The translations under genes and the position numbers were made by a program. A stretch of 64,000 bases of DNA from Tubulanus polymorphus (taxonomy: Eukaryota; Animalia; Nemertea): contig NC_134032.1 in NCBI RefSeq assembly GCF_964204645.1, positions 14,930,275 through 14,994,274 on the forward strand, read 5' to 3'. The stretch's first letter is position 1; every line of letters starts with the position of its first letter. The notes under the pieces are model-generated. The model saw only the letters and a program-made list of their open reading frames with translations. It did no database searches and had not been told where the DNA came from. Positions 1-9,785 of this stretch are shown here, piece after piece.

Positions 1-470
1 ACCCTCAGTAGTTTCCTCCCTCGCTCTGTCTCCTGCTCTTTCCCTCTCCTTTCCCTATTTCTCTCTCCCTCTCCTCTCCTTTCTCCCTCTCCTTTCTCTC
101 TCTGTAGTTTCCTCTCTCTCTCTGTAGTTTCCTCCCTATCTCACCTCTCTCCTTGCCTATCTCTCCTCTCTCCTTGCCTCTCTCTCCTCTCTCCTTGCCT
201 CTCTCTCCTCTCTCCTTTCCTCTCTCTCCTCTCTCCTTAACTCTCTCTCCTCTCTCCTTAACTCTCTCTCCTCTCTCCTTAACTCTCTCTCCTCTCCTCT
301 CTCCTTTCCTCTCTCTCCTCTCTCCTTAACTCTCTCTCCACTCTTCTTAACTCTCTCCTACCTCTCCTCTCTCTCTGCTCCCTATCTCACCTCTCTCCTT
401 ACCTCTGTCTCCTCTTTCCTAAACTCTCTCTCCACTCTCTTTACCTCTCTCTTCTCTTCAATAAACAAAC
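1..470. repeat. CT-rich low-complexity/microsatellite tract (intron of the DIDO1-like gene)
   Basis: Almost pure C/T with recurring ctctctcctctctcctt(aa) units. Confidence 0.95.
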
Positions 471-508
471 TAACAGCTCTCTGATATATGTCTCTCTTAT
501 ACGTGTAG

Positions 509-674
509 GTGAAGAGTTTGCCTCATCATATGGAACGAGTTGTAGTAATGGAGCGTAGTACCGGTAAACTATTAACCGGACCGAACGCCCCGACCGTCGG
601 AACGCTGAAAATATGGCTCGAAAAACACCCGACTTACGAAGTGTTACGCCCAAAAAAACAGTCCACATCATCCA
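509..674 (+). CDS. DIDO1: DIDO1/PHF3/PPS-like protein, internal exon encoding the BRK domain (upstream exons lie outside the window)
   Basis: tag|GTG acceptor and A|gtaagt donor. Peptide ERVVVMERSTGKLLTGPNAPTVGTLKIWLEKHPTYEV matches the BRK pattern (TGkxLxGxxAP..LxxWLxxHPxY). Ends in phase 1. Confidence 0.85.
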
Positions 675-699
675 GTAAGTTACTGTGTATTTTAAAGTA

Positions 700-1021
700 C
701 AGTTCGAGTCCGTTATAACGCCACGATTGAGACCAATAGAAAACCCGACTTTGAACTGGATGCTGGTTTTCAGATTGATTACAGTGGAAAAGTCCATTGT
801 AACGCCAGAGTTGGGACGAATGAAAAAACACGGCTTCATGTTACGAATTTTCTGTCATAACGAGTTGAATTTGAATTATCTTGTTTAACAGATTTTCTGT
901 TATAACGGTTGATATTTCCATTGAATTTGAATTGGATTGAGCATTGAGATTCGTTCTCTGAAAAATGTTGGCGTTTGAAAAGTGGCAGTGGAGGATGGCA
1001 GAGTTATAACGGACTTTGACT
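700..1021. mobile_element. pogo/Tc1-mariner-like MITE remnant
   Basis: ta|cagttcgagtccgttataac at the left end and gttataacggactttgact at the right end form imperfect TIRs. Confidence 0.55.
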
Positions 1022-1446
1022 TCACTTTAGTTGACACGTATTCGTTAGTGTATATGTGTATTGTGCCGCCAATACTCTGTCTTTGTATTGTAGTGAAACA
1101 AGGTATAAATTTTTTAGCCTTAGTATCGGTCTACTGACTGCTACAATACATTCATAGCGATTGAATTCATCGTTTTGTCATGCTAGTTTAAACATTGTCG
1201 CGCCTTTGCCCAACACTTATGTGAACCTGTAATGGCTGTGTAAGGCCCTATATTAAGTGTTATCCCCTTCTATGACAGTACAGTTGAGTATTTCAATTTA
1301 GACGTGCTGAATTTAATGCTAAATCTCGGTCTTTGTCTTATAACAGTAATGTTATCGTTTTGATTGTATTTCGTAAAGTATTATTATTGGTAGTAGAAAA
1401 TAACCTGTACACTTAAACGTGGAAAACAGATATAAAGTGTCACCTG

Positions 1447-1951
1447 GGCCCAGTTTCACGAAAAAGTGTAAGCTTAAAACAGTTAAGTTTGAATTGTTGT
1501 CCTCATTGAAAACATGAAGTAACCAATGGCAATTAATCAAAAAATTTGAGTTAAACTTTTTCGTGAAACTGGCCCCTGGGGCCGGTTGCTGAAAAGTTGG
1601 TTAACCAGTGGATAGTTGATATGGTGACAATTGAAATTTCATTGTTACTATGGTATTTATCCACCGGTTATCTTTAACCAACTTTTGAGCAACTGACCCC
1701 TGATGATGATCTCTAGTGTGAGATCGAAACATTGTGTATGAACTTTCAACTGTCACTATGCCAACTATCCAACTGGTTAACTTAAACCAATCTTTGAGCA
1801 ACTGCAGCCCCTGGGGCCGGTTGCATAGTCATGGCTTAGACTTAGGACCAGTTTAAGACCAACTTAGTTCTATAGCCAATCTAACAACTTCAGACCGGTC
1901 TTAAGATTTAAGACCACTTTTGGACTTAAGTCTTGATTATGGAACTGGCCC
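1447..1951. mobile_element. Cluster of Harbinger/PIF-like MITEs (1447-1575, 1579-1699, partial ~1740-1810, 1814-1951)
   Basis: Each has GG(G/C)CC(A/G)GTT...AACTGGCCC-type TIRs flanked by CTG (CWG-type TSD); adjacent copies share the CTG. Confidence 0.75.
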
Positions 1952-2040
1952 CTGAACACTATTGCGAAGATAACAATAAGGAAATATCTTTGAATATTCA
2001 AAAACCCTGAATTTGATTATGTTTTTGTTTCTTTCTCAAG

Positions 2041-2197
2041 AAAAAGACGAACCGTCCCGCGGCGGTAATAATAAAGATCCACGTCACCAGGGGGCGTCTA
2101 CGAAATCTTCGTCGCAGTCGAGCAATCAACAGCCGGATCAGATGGACCCGAATCGCGCGAACGTTCGAAAAATTCTCCGTCAAATCCTCGAAAAACG
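2041..2197 (+). CDS. DIDO1: DIDO1/PHF3-like exon (start of TFIIS central domain)
   Basis: ctttctcaag| acceptor and CG|gtaaac donor; phase 1 to 2, consistent with neighbours; ...RANVRKILRQILEKR. Confidence 0.8.
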
Positions 2198-2315
2198 GTA
2201 AACAATTTCTCCGTGTTCCGTTAAAAAAAAACAAAACAAAAGAAAAATTTAAAAAAAAAGAAAAATTAAAAAAAAACGAAATAAAAATGGTTCGTATTTT
2301 TTTCATTTCTCTCAG

Positions 2316-2670
2316 GGTCGACGAAGCGGACGACGAAATTTGTAACCACGGCGACGTGAAGAAAACCGTTACAACAATCGAGGAGGAAATGTTTAAACAA
2401 TGCAACCAGCACACGAATCATAAATACCTATCGAAATTCCGTAATTTAGTGATAGCCGTACGAGATCCGAATAACCACGGACTGTTCCGACGTATACTGA
2501 AAGGGATGATACGTCCACCTCGTTTGGTCGCCATGACGCCCGAGATATTGATGTCTCGCGAGTTAGCGCTGTGGGGCGAGAAGGCGACGGTGACGGCGAC
2601 CAATTCAAAGTCAAACGGCGATAAAAAACCAACGCTGGCCGTAATACCGAGAGAAACACAACGAATGGAG
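2316..2670 (+). CDS. DIDO1: DIDO1/PHF3-like exon, TFIIS-M (TFS2M) domain
   Basis: ctctcag| and |gtcagt. IEEEMF...KYLSKFRNLVIAVRDPNNHGLFRRILKGMIRPPRLVAMTPEILMSRELALW is a typical TFIIS-M sequence. Confidence 0.9.
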
Positions 2671-2789
2671 GTCAGTAATCCGGCCATCTTGATTCCTCTA
2701 ACCCCCTATCAGTTCCTCAGTAATCCGGCCATCTTGATTCCTCTAACCCCCTATCACTAAAGAGGGTGCTGAAAGACTATTTCAGGCTA

Positions 2790-3082
2790 TTTGATGGCTC
2801 TGAGGCTATTAGAAGTCTCAAAAGAACTGTGCTGGTAGCCAATAGAGGGCTCTGAGGAACTCTCTGGTAGCCGATAGAGGGATCTGAGGAACTCTCTGGT
2901 AGCTGATAGAGGGATCTGAGGAACTCTCTGGTAGCCGATAGAGGGATCTGAGGAACTGTGCTGTTAGCCAATAGAGGGCTCTGAGGAACTCTCTGGTAGC
3001 CGATAGAGGGATCTGAGGAACTCTCTGGTAGCCAATAGAGGGCTCTGAGGAACTCTGCTGGTAGCCAATAGAGGACTCTGAG
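2790..3082. repeat. 32-bp intronic minisatellite (gtagccgatagagggatctgaggaactctctg)
   Basis: About 8 copies at 32-bp period, preceded by a 45-bp duplication at ~2672-2756. Confidence 0.9.
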
Positions 3083-3112
3083 TGATAATTATTCATTTGT
3101 TTCTATTTTTAG

Positions 3113-3450
3113 CATCTCCGCGAGCAGACGTTTAATCCGGCAGCAGACGTACTCGGAACATTAATCGTCGACACGACGTCTCAACATCGAGAACATGCGT
3201 TCGATTTAAACTGTCACATCTGCACGGGAACTACCGGCGCCACCACTGGTAGGAAGAAATCTCGTAGTCACGACAACGACGACGAAGACAACAATGCGTC
3301 GAACGCGAAACGAGCGAAAGTTTCGTCGACGGAGAATCTCGGAATCGTCGACGAATCGGAGAGCGATTATCCGAGCAGCAGCGCCGATTTAACGCAACAA
3401 AAGATGGAGCCGCCGATGCAGGAATCTCCGTTAGTCAGTTCAACAATGCT
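3113..3450 (+). CDS. DIDO1: DIDO1/PHF3-like exon
   Basis: tttttag| and |gtaagt. Encodes DTTSQHREHAFDLNCHICTG, the family's DTTSQH..H.FDLNC.ICTG motif. Not in the ORF track. Confidence 0.9.
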
Positions 3451-3531
3451 GTAAGTTTAATCTCCATGGTTACTGATCCGCTCATTTGAACTGTATAGCT
3501 TGTAACGTATTGATATTCTCCGTGTGTGCAG

Positions 3532-3715
3532 GTCTCCTCCTCCGCTGGAGTGCGAAGCGACGTCTGCTGCTGGTGAGTTGGAGCAGACGCCCGATGAGCA
3601 GACGGAACCCGCGATCGAACAACCCATCTGGAAAGGATTTATATTCATGCAGGATTTGAGTCGCTTTGTGTCAACTGCGTTTAGAATATCGGGAAATACT
3701 GAATGTCTCATTAAC
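3532..3715 (+). CDS. DIDO1: DIDO1/PHF3-like exon, SPOC domain start
   Basis: tgcag| and |gtaagt; IWKGFIFMQDLSRFVSTAFRISG. Confidence 0.9.
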
Positions 3716-3964
3716 GTAAGTAATCGAATAATTCAGTATAATAATTATAATAATTATGATGATAATAATATAATATTTTTGAAACTTTTAAAGTTATTCA
3801 TTTCGCCATAGAGTTGTTTATGAATACGATATATAATATATAAGGTCTTAGTAGGACCAGAAAGGACTTGCAGTCGACCTAAATCATCATTTTTGAATCC
3901 ATTTGAAACTGTATTGAAGTAATTCAGTCCTCGTATAAACCTGTATTTTTTTTTCGTGTTACAG

Positions 3965-4054
3965 AATCTGCCGCAAACTATTAACCTCTGCGGTCGTATT
4001 CCTCCTAATAATATGTACGAGTATATCTCTAAATGTCGCATGGCCGGCAACAAG
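3965..4054 (+). CDS. DIDO1: DIDO1/PHF3-like exon, SPOC domain
   Basis: ttacag| and |gtaagc; 90 nt; NLPQTINLCGRIPPNNMYEYISKCRMAGNK. Confidence 0.9.
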
Positions 4055-4153
4055 GTAAGCAATCAGCGTTACTAACGACACGAACCTTTCATTGTTGATC
4101 GATTATAAACGATTCGATATCTAAAATTCTGAATTGTTGCGATATTTTTCTAG

Positions 4154-7100
4154 GATATCCTCGTGTTGCGTTTCCAGCCGTCGTCCGAAGAAGAGAAAGA
4201 AGGTTACAATCAGCTGTACACGTATTTATACAATCGTAACCGTTGCGGCGTCGTCGGTAACAACGCCAGATTTATCAAAGACATGTACCTCGTACCGTTA
4301 TCGGCTCATTGTCGTATCCCGGGCGTGTTATTACCGTTCGACGGTCCGGGCGTCGCCGAAATACGCCCGCACATGATCATCGGAATCGTCATACGCCAAC
4401 GTCAGGAGGTCGCCACGGCAACGACGCCATCCGCGACCGCTCCGCCGACGACGGTCGTCATCACCGCCGCGGAAAAACAGACGAAATTGGAAGCGGTGAA
4501 AAAATGGATCACGATCACGAAACGGAGACGTGTTTCGGACGAAGAAGAGGACGATTTAATCGTCGATGTTCCGCCGCCGGTCGAATGGTCGTCAGTGACG
4601 ACGCCTCCGAGACTACCGTCGTCGACGCATCGGAGAAAACAAAAACATCGGAGGAAATACACTAAAACGCGTAAAGTTCCGTCTGTGAGTCCGGAGATTC
4701 CGGCGTCCGGTGAAAGCGACGCGTACTCGCCCAGTCAGGAGGTCGGTGACGTGTATTCGCCTCCACGCGCTCTCGTTATCCCTCCGCCCGACGTCGAAAC
4801 CAAAACACCGGCGCCCCCTAGTAGCGGTGGCGGCGTTCAACGCGAACTAACCGACGAGCGTAATCGCGGACCGGCAGCAACCGCCGATCTAGTCTCGAAA
4901 TTAACAAACATTCTCAATCACGGTAAAAATACTGTCTCGCAAACTGCGGTCGTCTCGGCTACTTTGAATAATTTGTTGTCAGTGGCAACGGCCAGTAATA
5001 TAGCCGCCGCGGCTCCGGTTACCACGGCGACGATTGAGCCGATCGATGAAGAATTTATGCCATTGGAAGAAGGCGTAGCAAAAAATAAGGATGAAGCTGA
5101 GGAGGAAACGGAAGATCCAAAATCGCGCGGCGATGATGAAATCAAAAAGGTCGAAGAGGTGGCGAATGATGAAAGTCCGTCTGCCTGGGATTTGTTGGAG
5201 GATACGTATAGCAAGACGACGACCGCTCCGACCACAACGGAAGAGGAAAAACTCGCCGGTGAAGATGAAAAATCCACGGGCGATGAGGAAAATGCGACCG
5301 TCGACGACGAAAAGTCTACGGTCGACGATGTAGATGATGATAACGAAGATGAAGCTGTTTGGACGATGTTGGACGAAGCGTACACGCCTGAGGAAAAAAA
5401 TAGAATACGCAAAGCTCGTAAACAATCAGAGTCTCGCGATAGAAATGACGAGGAGGAAAAAGTGTCCGATGACGATGATAATGATGATGAGGAGAATAAA
5501 GAAGATGAAATCAATCATTGGGATTTGTTAGAGGAAATGTATAAACCGGAATCAGTGAAGAGGAGCGCGAAGTCCACTCCTGCAGGCCTAGCAGGAATAC
5601 CAGCAGACGTGGCAGGAATACCGGCAGACGTACTCACCGCTGCTGGAATACCAACCATACGACGTACTTCACTAGCGCCATCTTCTGTCTCATTTAACGA
5701 AACTACTTCTGAGCCCAGCATACCTCCGCAGGAGCCTACTGATATACCTCCGGAGGAGTCATCCGATACCCGGAGAGATGAGGATCCCGGTACCCTTCAG
5801 CGAGGAACTCCACTTGATACCTCACAGGAGTGTCGCGATACCCCTCAGCAAGATACCCCACAGCATGACACCCCACAGCAAGATACCCCACAGCATGACA
5901 CCCCACAGCAAGATACCCCACAGCAAGATACCCATGTTGATACTTGCCAGCAGGAAGATACCTCTCTTGATACCATGCAAGAGTCTTGGGAAGAAACAGT
6001 TGATACTCATCAGGAGCAACTTACTGATACACGGCAGGTAGATTCTGCTACGGACAAGGCGCTAAATGAAACCAGCCTTCACGACATTCAACCTGTTGAT
6101 ACCTGCGAGGGTATGCCACCGCTAAAACCTATATCCTTATTCCCTCAGGTGGCACCACCTCCGATGCCTCCTGCTGCTCTGATCGGTATTAGAATCGGTC
6201 TCCATGACAACACGGAACACGTCGACATGGAAACGGATGATATTCTCAGTTCACCTGAGATCGAAAATTTCATGGACGAGCCCATTGTTTCCATGGAAAC
6301 GAACAGCGAGGAAACCGATAATGAGTTAAACGATGAGCCTACAACGCAGGTCGTTACCACGGAAACCAAGGATAATTCGTCGCCGTACAAAGATCCATTC
6401 TATAATCGTTATCGGCAACAGTCGTCTGCATTGTGGAATCCGGAACGCCCGGCGCCACCTGGTGTTCCAACTGAAAAACGATTCACTACATACGACAGTT
6501 ACAGCTTCGGTAGTTTATACAAGAGTATCGCACCAAAGAATGATGAGAGAGAGGAGGAGAGGAAGAATGAGACATTTCCGATTCCTCCGTCGTTTAATCA
6601 CTCGTATACACCGTCGCCCCCTATAGGTCAGCCATCACCGTTTACGAGCTGGTCGGGGGGACGATCGTCTAATACTACCCCTACGTCTCATCACTCGCCG
6701 AGCGACGCGACCAGTCCTTCTCCGCACGCCGTTACCATGGAAACAAAACTAAACGAGAATCACATCTCCGACGCGGAGGTGTCGTCGATGATCGACGAGG
6801 TCGCTAAGAGCAACAACCCGGCGGAGATGACAGCGCGATTGTTGAAGCGATTAGGATGGAGCTACGACACGGCCAGTAAACAACGTCTGCTCATCGAACT
6901 CACGCAGAAAGTTCAACAACAAGCGGCCATTTTACAACGCGAGAAACTATCGTCGTCGACGGCAACGGCGAATTCTCCGTCTGCCGTAACCGCGAATGTT
7001 GCGCGTAGCAACAATCGCGATGACCGGTCACCGTGTGAATCTGCGTGTAACAGTGTGCTCGGTGTGCCCGCTAACAGTGTGTTAACAAACAGTGTGCCTA

Positions 7101-8944
7101 GTAGTGCCGTGATCGGATGTGTACCAATTCATGGCACACCGGGCATCAATGCGCGAACTGACAGTGTGCTCGATAATAGTAGTGCTGCGCTCAACAATGG
7201 TGTGCCCATTTACGACAGCGCGTCCGCTGTTCACCCGGTTACCGTTCCAACCGTCGTTAGTAACCCATGCGTCGAAGGTCAAGGACTCAATTTGAACGCG
7301 ATTCAAAATCTGCTTAAAAAACAAGAAACGAATCGACTTTTAGAAACGGTCTCGAAAATATTCAAAACTTCTCAAATGGAATCGTCATTGAGTTGTAGTA
7401 CTCAGGGGGGTTTCCCCGCTCCGAAAACTGTTGTGGATTTCCCCGCCCTGAGTAATGCAGGGGATTTCCTCGCTCTGAAATCTGTAGGGGATTTCCCCCC
7501 CCTCAGTCCTGCAGGGGATTTCTCCGCTCCAAAAAATGTAGGGGATTTCCCTGTCCTCAGTCCTGCAGAGGATTTCCCCTCGCCGAAAACTGTTGGGGAT
7601 TTGCCCATTCTGAATACTGCAGAGGATTTCCCCTCACCGAAAACTGTTGGGGATTTCCCCACTCTGAATGCTGCAGGGGATTTCCCCACTCTGAAAAGCG
7701 CGGAGGTTTCCCCCACTCCGAAAACTGTAGGGAATTTCCTTGCTCAGAGTACTGGAGAGGATTTCCGTGCTCTGAAAGCTGTGGGGGATTTCCCAGATCC
7801 AAACGTATCTGTTCATACAACAACCACCGGCTCCATTCCTGATGTTCATAACCAATACCAGACGCAACAGGCCGATGTTACCATCGCTACGGAGATACAA
7901 CAATCAACCGACGAACATGCGATTATCGACGATTTGGTTTTGGACGACGATTGGAGCGAAAATGAAGAGGAGATGAAGGAGGAGGAGGAAATAAAATGCG
8001 TCGTCGACGACGACGATTACGAAGAAGGAGAATTGAGAGATGAAGATGAGATTTACGACGATGAAGGGGAAAATGAAGAGGAAACGTCGAGAGTGAGGAG
8101 GAAAGAAGGACGTCGGACTCAGTGGGGCGGAGATGATGAATGGGCCGAGGCTTTAGGACAGTACGAGGAAGAAGAGGATGAGAGTGAAGATAAAGAAAAG
8201 GAGGCGGCGAAAGAGGAGGGACGGAATGCTCCGGACGATACCGTTACATCATCGCCGTGGTTACTGCGCGATAAATCTATTGTTGCCACATCGCGAGAAG
8301 AATTTGTCGCCGGAACGTTTCATCATTCTCATCATCCTCATCACGGCAACGAGAGTCGGTATCCGACTTTATTGCATGTGCCGTTACCGGTGAAACCAGG
8401 TGGCGCCGCTAGTCGTCCAGGTCACGGCGCCAATCATCAGTTAGAATTAATGTCTCGTCCTCCACCGGAGTACTACAGCAGACGTAGACATCTTCCTCAT
8501 CCGTCTGCTGCCCGTCAGCCTCCGTCTGTCCGTCAGCCTCCGTCTGTTCGTCAACCTCCGTCTGTCCGTCAACCTCGTAATCGACCGTTACTACCGTTAC
8601 CGCCTCCTCCTCCAACAATGAATCATCATCACCGCGTCGCACTGCGTGAGCCGCCGATGACGACGAGACATCTCGAACGTGACGTCTATATTCCCCGCGA
8701 TCGACCGCTTCCCGAACCGGATCTCGGAAACCGCGGTTACTCGCGTTGTTATAACGACCGCCCGCCTCCACCCCGACTGCAGCAGCATCGACCGGGTTAC
8801 GGTAGACCGTTCATGCGAGGACCACCATCAGGTGGCATTCGCGGTGGTCACATTATGAACACACCGAATTACAACAGAGATCATCGACCGAATGCGAGGG
8901 CGCCACCTTATGGTCGAGGTCGGTATCAATATGGCCGACGGTGA
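4154..8944 (+). CDS. DIDO1: DIDO1/PHF3-like terminal exon: end of SPOC domain plus a very long disordered acidic/Pro/Arg-Gly tail
   Basis: ttctag|GATATC acceptor in frame with the 1593-aa ORF. YNQLYTYLYNRNRCGVV...KDMYLVPL...LLPFDGPG...IIGIVIRQR is the SPOC C-terminal half. AATAAA at 9776-9781. Confidence 0.92.
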   Translation, partial: DILVLRFQPSSEEEKEGYNQLYTYLYNRNRCGVVGNNARFIKDMYLVPLSAHCRIPGVLLPFDGPGVAEIRPHMIIGIVIRQRQEVATATTPSATAPPTTVVITAAEKQTKLEAVKKWITITKRRRVSDEEEDDLIVDVPPPVEWSSVTTPPRLPSSTHRRKQKHRRKYTKTRKVPSVSPEIPASGESDAYSPSQEVGDVYSPPRALVIPPPDVETKTPAPPSSGGGVQRELTDERNRGPAATADLVSKLTNILNHGKNTVSQTAVVSATLNNLLSVATASNIAAAAPVTTATIEPIDEEFMPLEEGVAKNKDEAEEETEDPKSRGDDEIKKVEEVANDESPSAWDLLEDTYSKTTTAPTTTEEEKLAGEDEKSTGDEENATVDDEKSTVDDVDDDNEDEAVWTMLDEAYTPEEKNRIRKARKQSESRDRNDEEEKVSDDDDNDDEENKEDEINHWDLLEEMYKPESVKRSAKSTPAGLAGIPADVAGIPADVLTAAGIPTIRRTSLAPSSVSFNETTSEPSIPPQEPTDIPPEESSDTRRDEDPGTLQRGTPLDTSQECRDTPQQDTPQHDTPQQDTPQHDTPQQDTPQQDTHVDTCQQEDTSLDTMQESWEETVDTHQEQLTDTRQVDSATDKALNETSLHDIQPVDTCEGMPPLKPISLFPQVAPPPMPPAALIGIRIGLHDNTEHVDMETDDILSSPEIENFMDEPIVSMETNSEETDNELNDEPTTQVVTTETKDNSSPYKDPFYNRYRQQSSALWNPERPAPPGVPTEKRFTTYDSYSFGSLYKSIAPKNDEREEERKNETFPIPPSFNHSYTPSPPIGQPSPFTSWSGGRSSNTTPTSHHSPSDATSPSPHAVTMETKLNENHISDAEVSSMIDEVAKSNNPAEMTARLLKRLGWSYDTASKQRLLIELTQKVQQQAAILQREKLSSSTATANSPSAVTANVARSNNRDDRSPCESACNSVLGVPANSVLTNSVPSSAVIGCVPIHGTPGINARTDSVLDNSSAALNNGVPIYDSASAVHPVTVPTVVSNPCVEGQGLNLNAIQNLLKKQETNRLLETVSKIFKTSQMESSLSCSTQGGFPAPKTVVDFPALSNAGDFLALKSVGDFPPLSPAGDFSAPKNVGDFPVLSPAEDFPSPKTVGDLPILNTAEDFPSPKTVGDFPTLNAAGDFPTLKSAEVSPTPKTVGNFLAQSTGEDFRALKAVGDFPDPNVSVHTTTTGSIPDVHNQYQTQQADVTIATEIQQSTDEHAIIDDLVLDDDWSENEEEMKEEEEIKCVVDDDDYEEGELRDEDEIYDDEGENEEETSRVRRKEGRRTQWGGDDEWAEALGQYEEEEDESEDKEKEAAKEEGRNAPDDTVTSSPWLLRDKSIVATSREEFVAGTFHHSHHPHHGNESRYPTLLHVPLPVKPGGAASRPGHGANHQLELMSRPPPEYYSRRRHLPHPSAARQPPSVRQPPSVRQPPSVRQPRNRPLLPLPPPPPTMNHHHRVALREPPMTTRHLERDVYIPRDRPLPEPDLGNRGYSRCYNDRPPPPRLQQHRPGYGRPFMRGPPSGGIRGGHIMNTPNYNRDHRPNARAPPYGRGRYQYGRR

Positions 8945-8989
8945 TTCTTGATGTATCTCAATTAAAAGGAGCATTTATTTTTCATACTG

Positions 8990-9200
8990 TGCTACCGACT
9001 ACAAAGCGTTCCTACGTTGCGAGCGACAACAGAGCGTTTTTACGTTGCTACCGACAACTGAGTGTTCCCGCGTTGCTACCAACAACAAAGTGTTCCTACG
9101 TTGCTAGCGACAACAGAGCGTTCCTACGTTGCTACTGACAACAGAGTGTTCCCACATTGCCACTGACAACAGGGCGTTTCTACGTTGCTTCTGACTACCG
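8990..9200. repeat. 28-bp tandem repeat in the DIDO1-like 3' UTR
   Basis: About 7 degenerate copies of gctaccgacaacagagcgttcctacgtt. Confidence 0.85.
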
Positions 9201-9785
9201 AGGGTTGAACCTTCGCATAGTTTTTATTCATTGTGAAATAGTTTAATGATTTAAGACGCCTTAGCCGCGTTAAGCACCAGCATCAGTATTGATTTATACA
9301 TGTATAGATATATATGATAGATATATACAACATGTTACAGTAACATGTAACATGTCTGGATGTATGTTATAAGGCACATCCGATAACAAGTCTGCGTAAT
9401 TAGGGACATGTAACATGTCTCAACTTTTGTTAAGTAGTTTGTTCAAAAGCGAAATTGAGCTTCTGTTTCTGTTTCTGTTTCTAATGTTTCCGTTCTGTTC
9501 GTGCGAATATTTTTCAAGGCAATTGAATTATGAAGACGTTTAATGCAAGATTATTGATCGGTACAGAAAAAGATGTAGTAATTGTTAGATTTGAGGTCAT
9601 TGAAGCCAAATAGAAAAAATGGCCGCCGATCTCTATATTTATACCGAGTTGGTATTCGGTAATGAAAATACCTGCTAGGTTTTTGTTAAAAGGGTGATTT
9701 GTATGTGATGATGATGATGAAAATGATGATATTAATGATGACACAAAAATATTTGTTGATTTTTTCTTGTACAGAAATAAAATCA

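Noticed and set aside
4309-8788. Antisense and alternate-frame ORFs overlapping the DIDO1-like exon (likewise 62331-63135 over HIVEP)
   Set aside because: Shadows of low-complexity, CpG-rich coding sequence.
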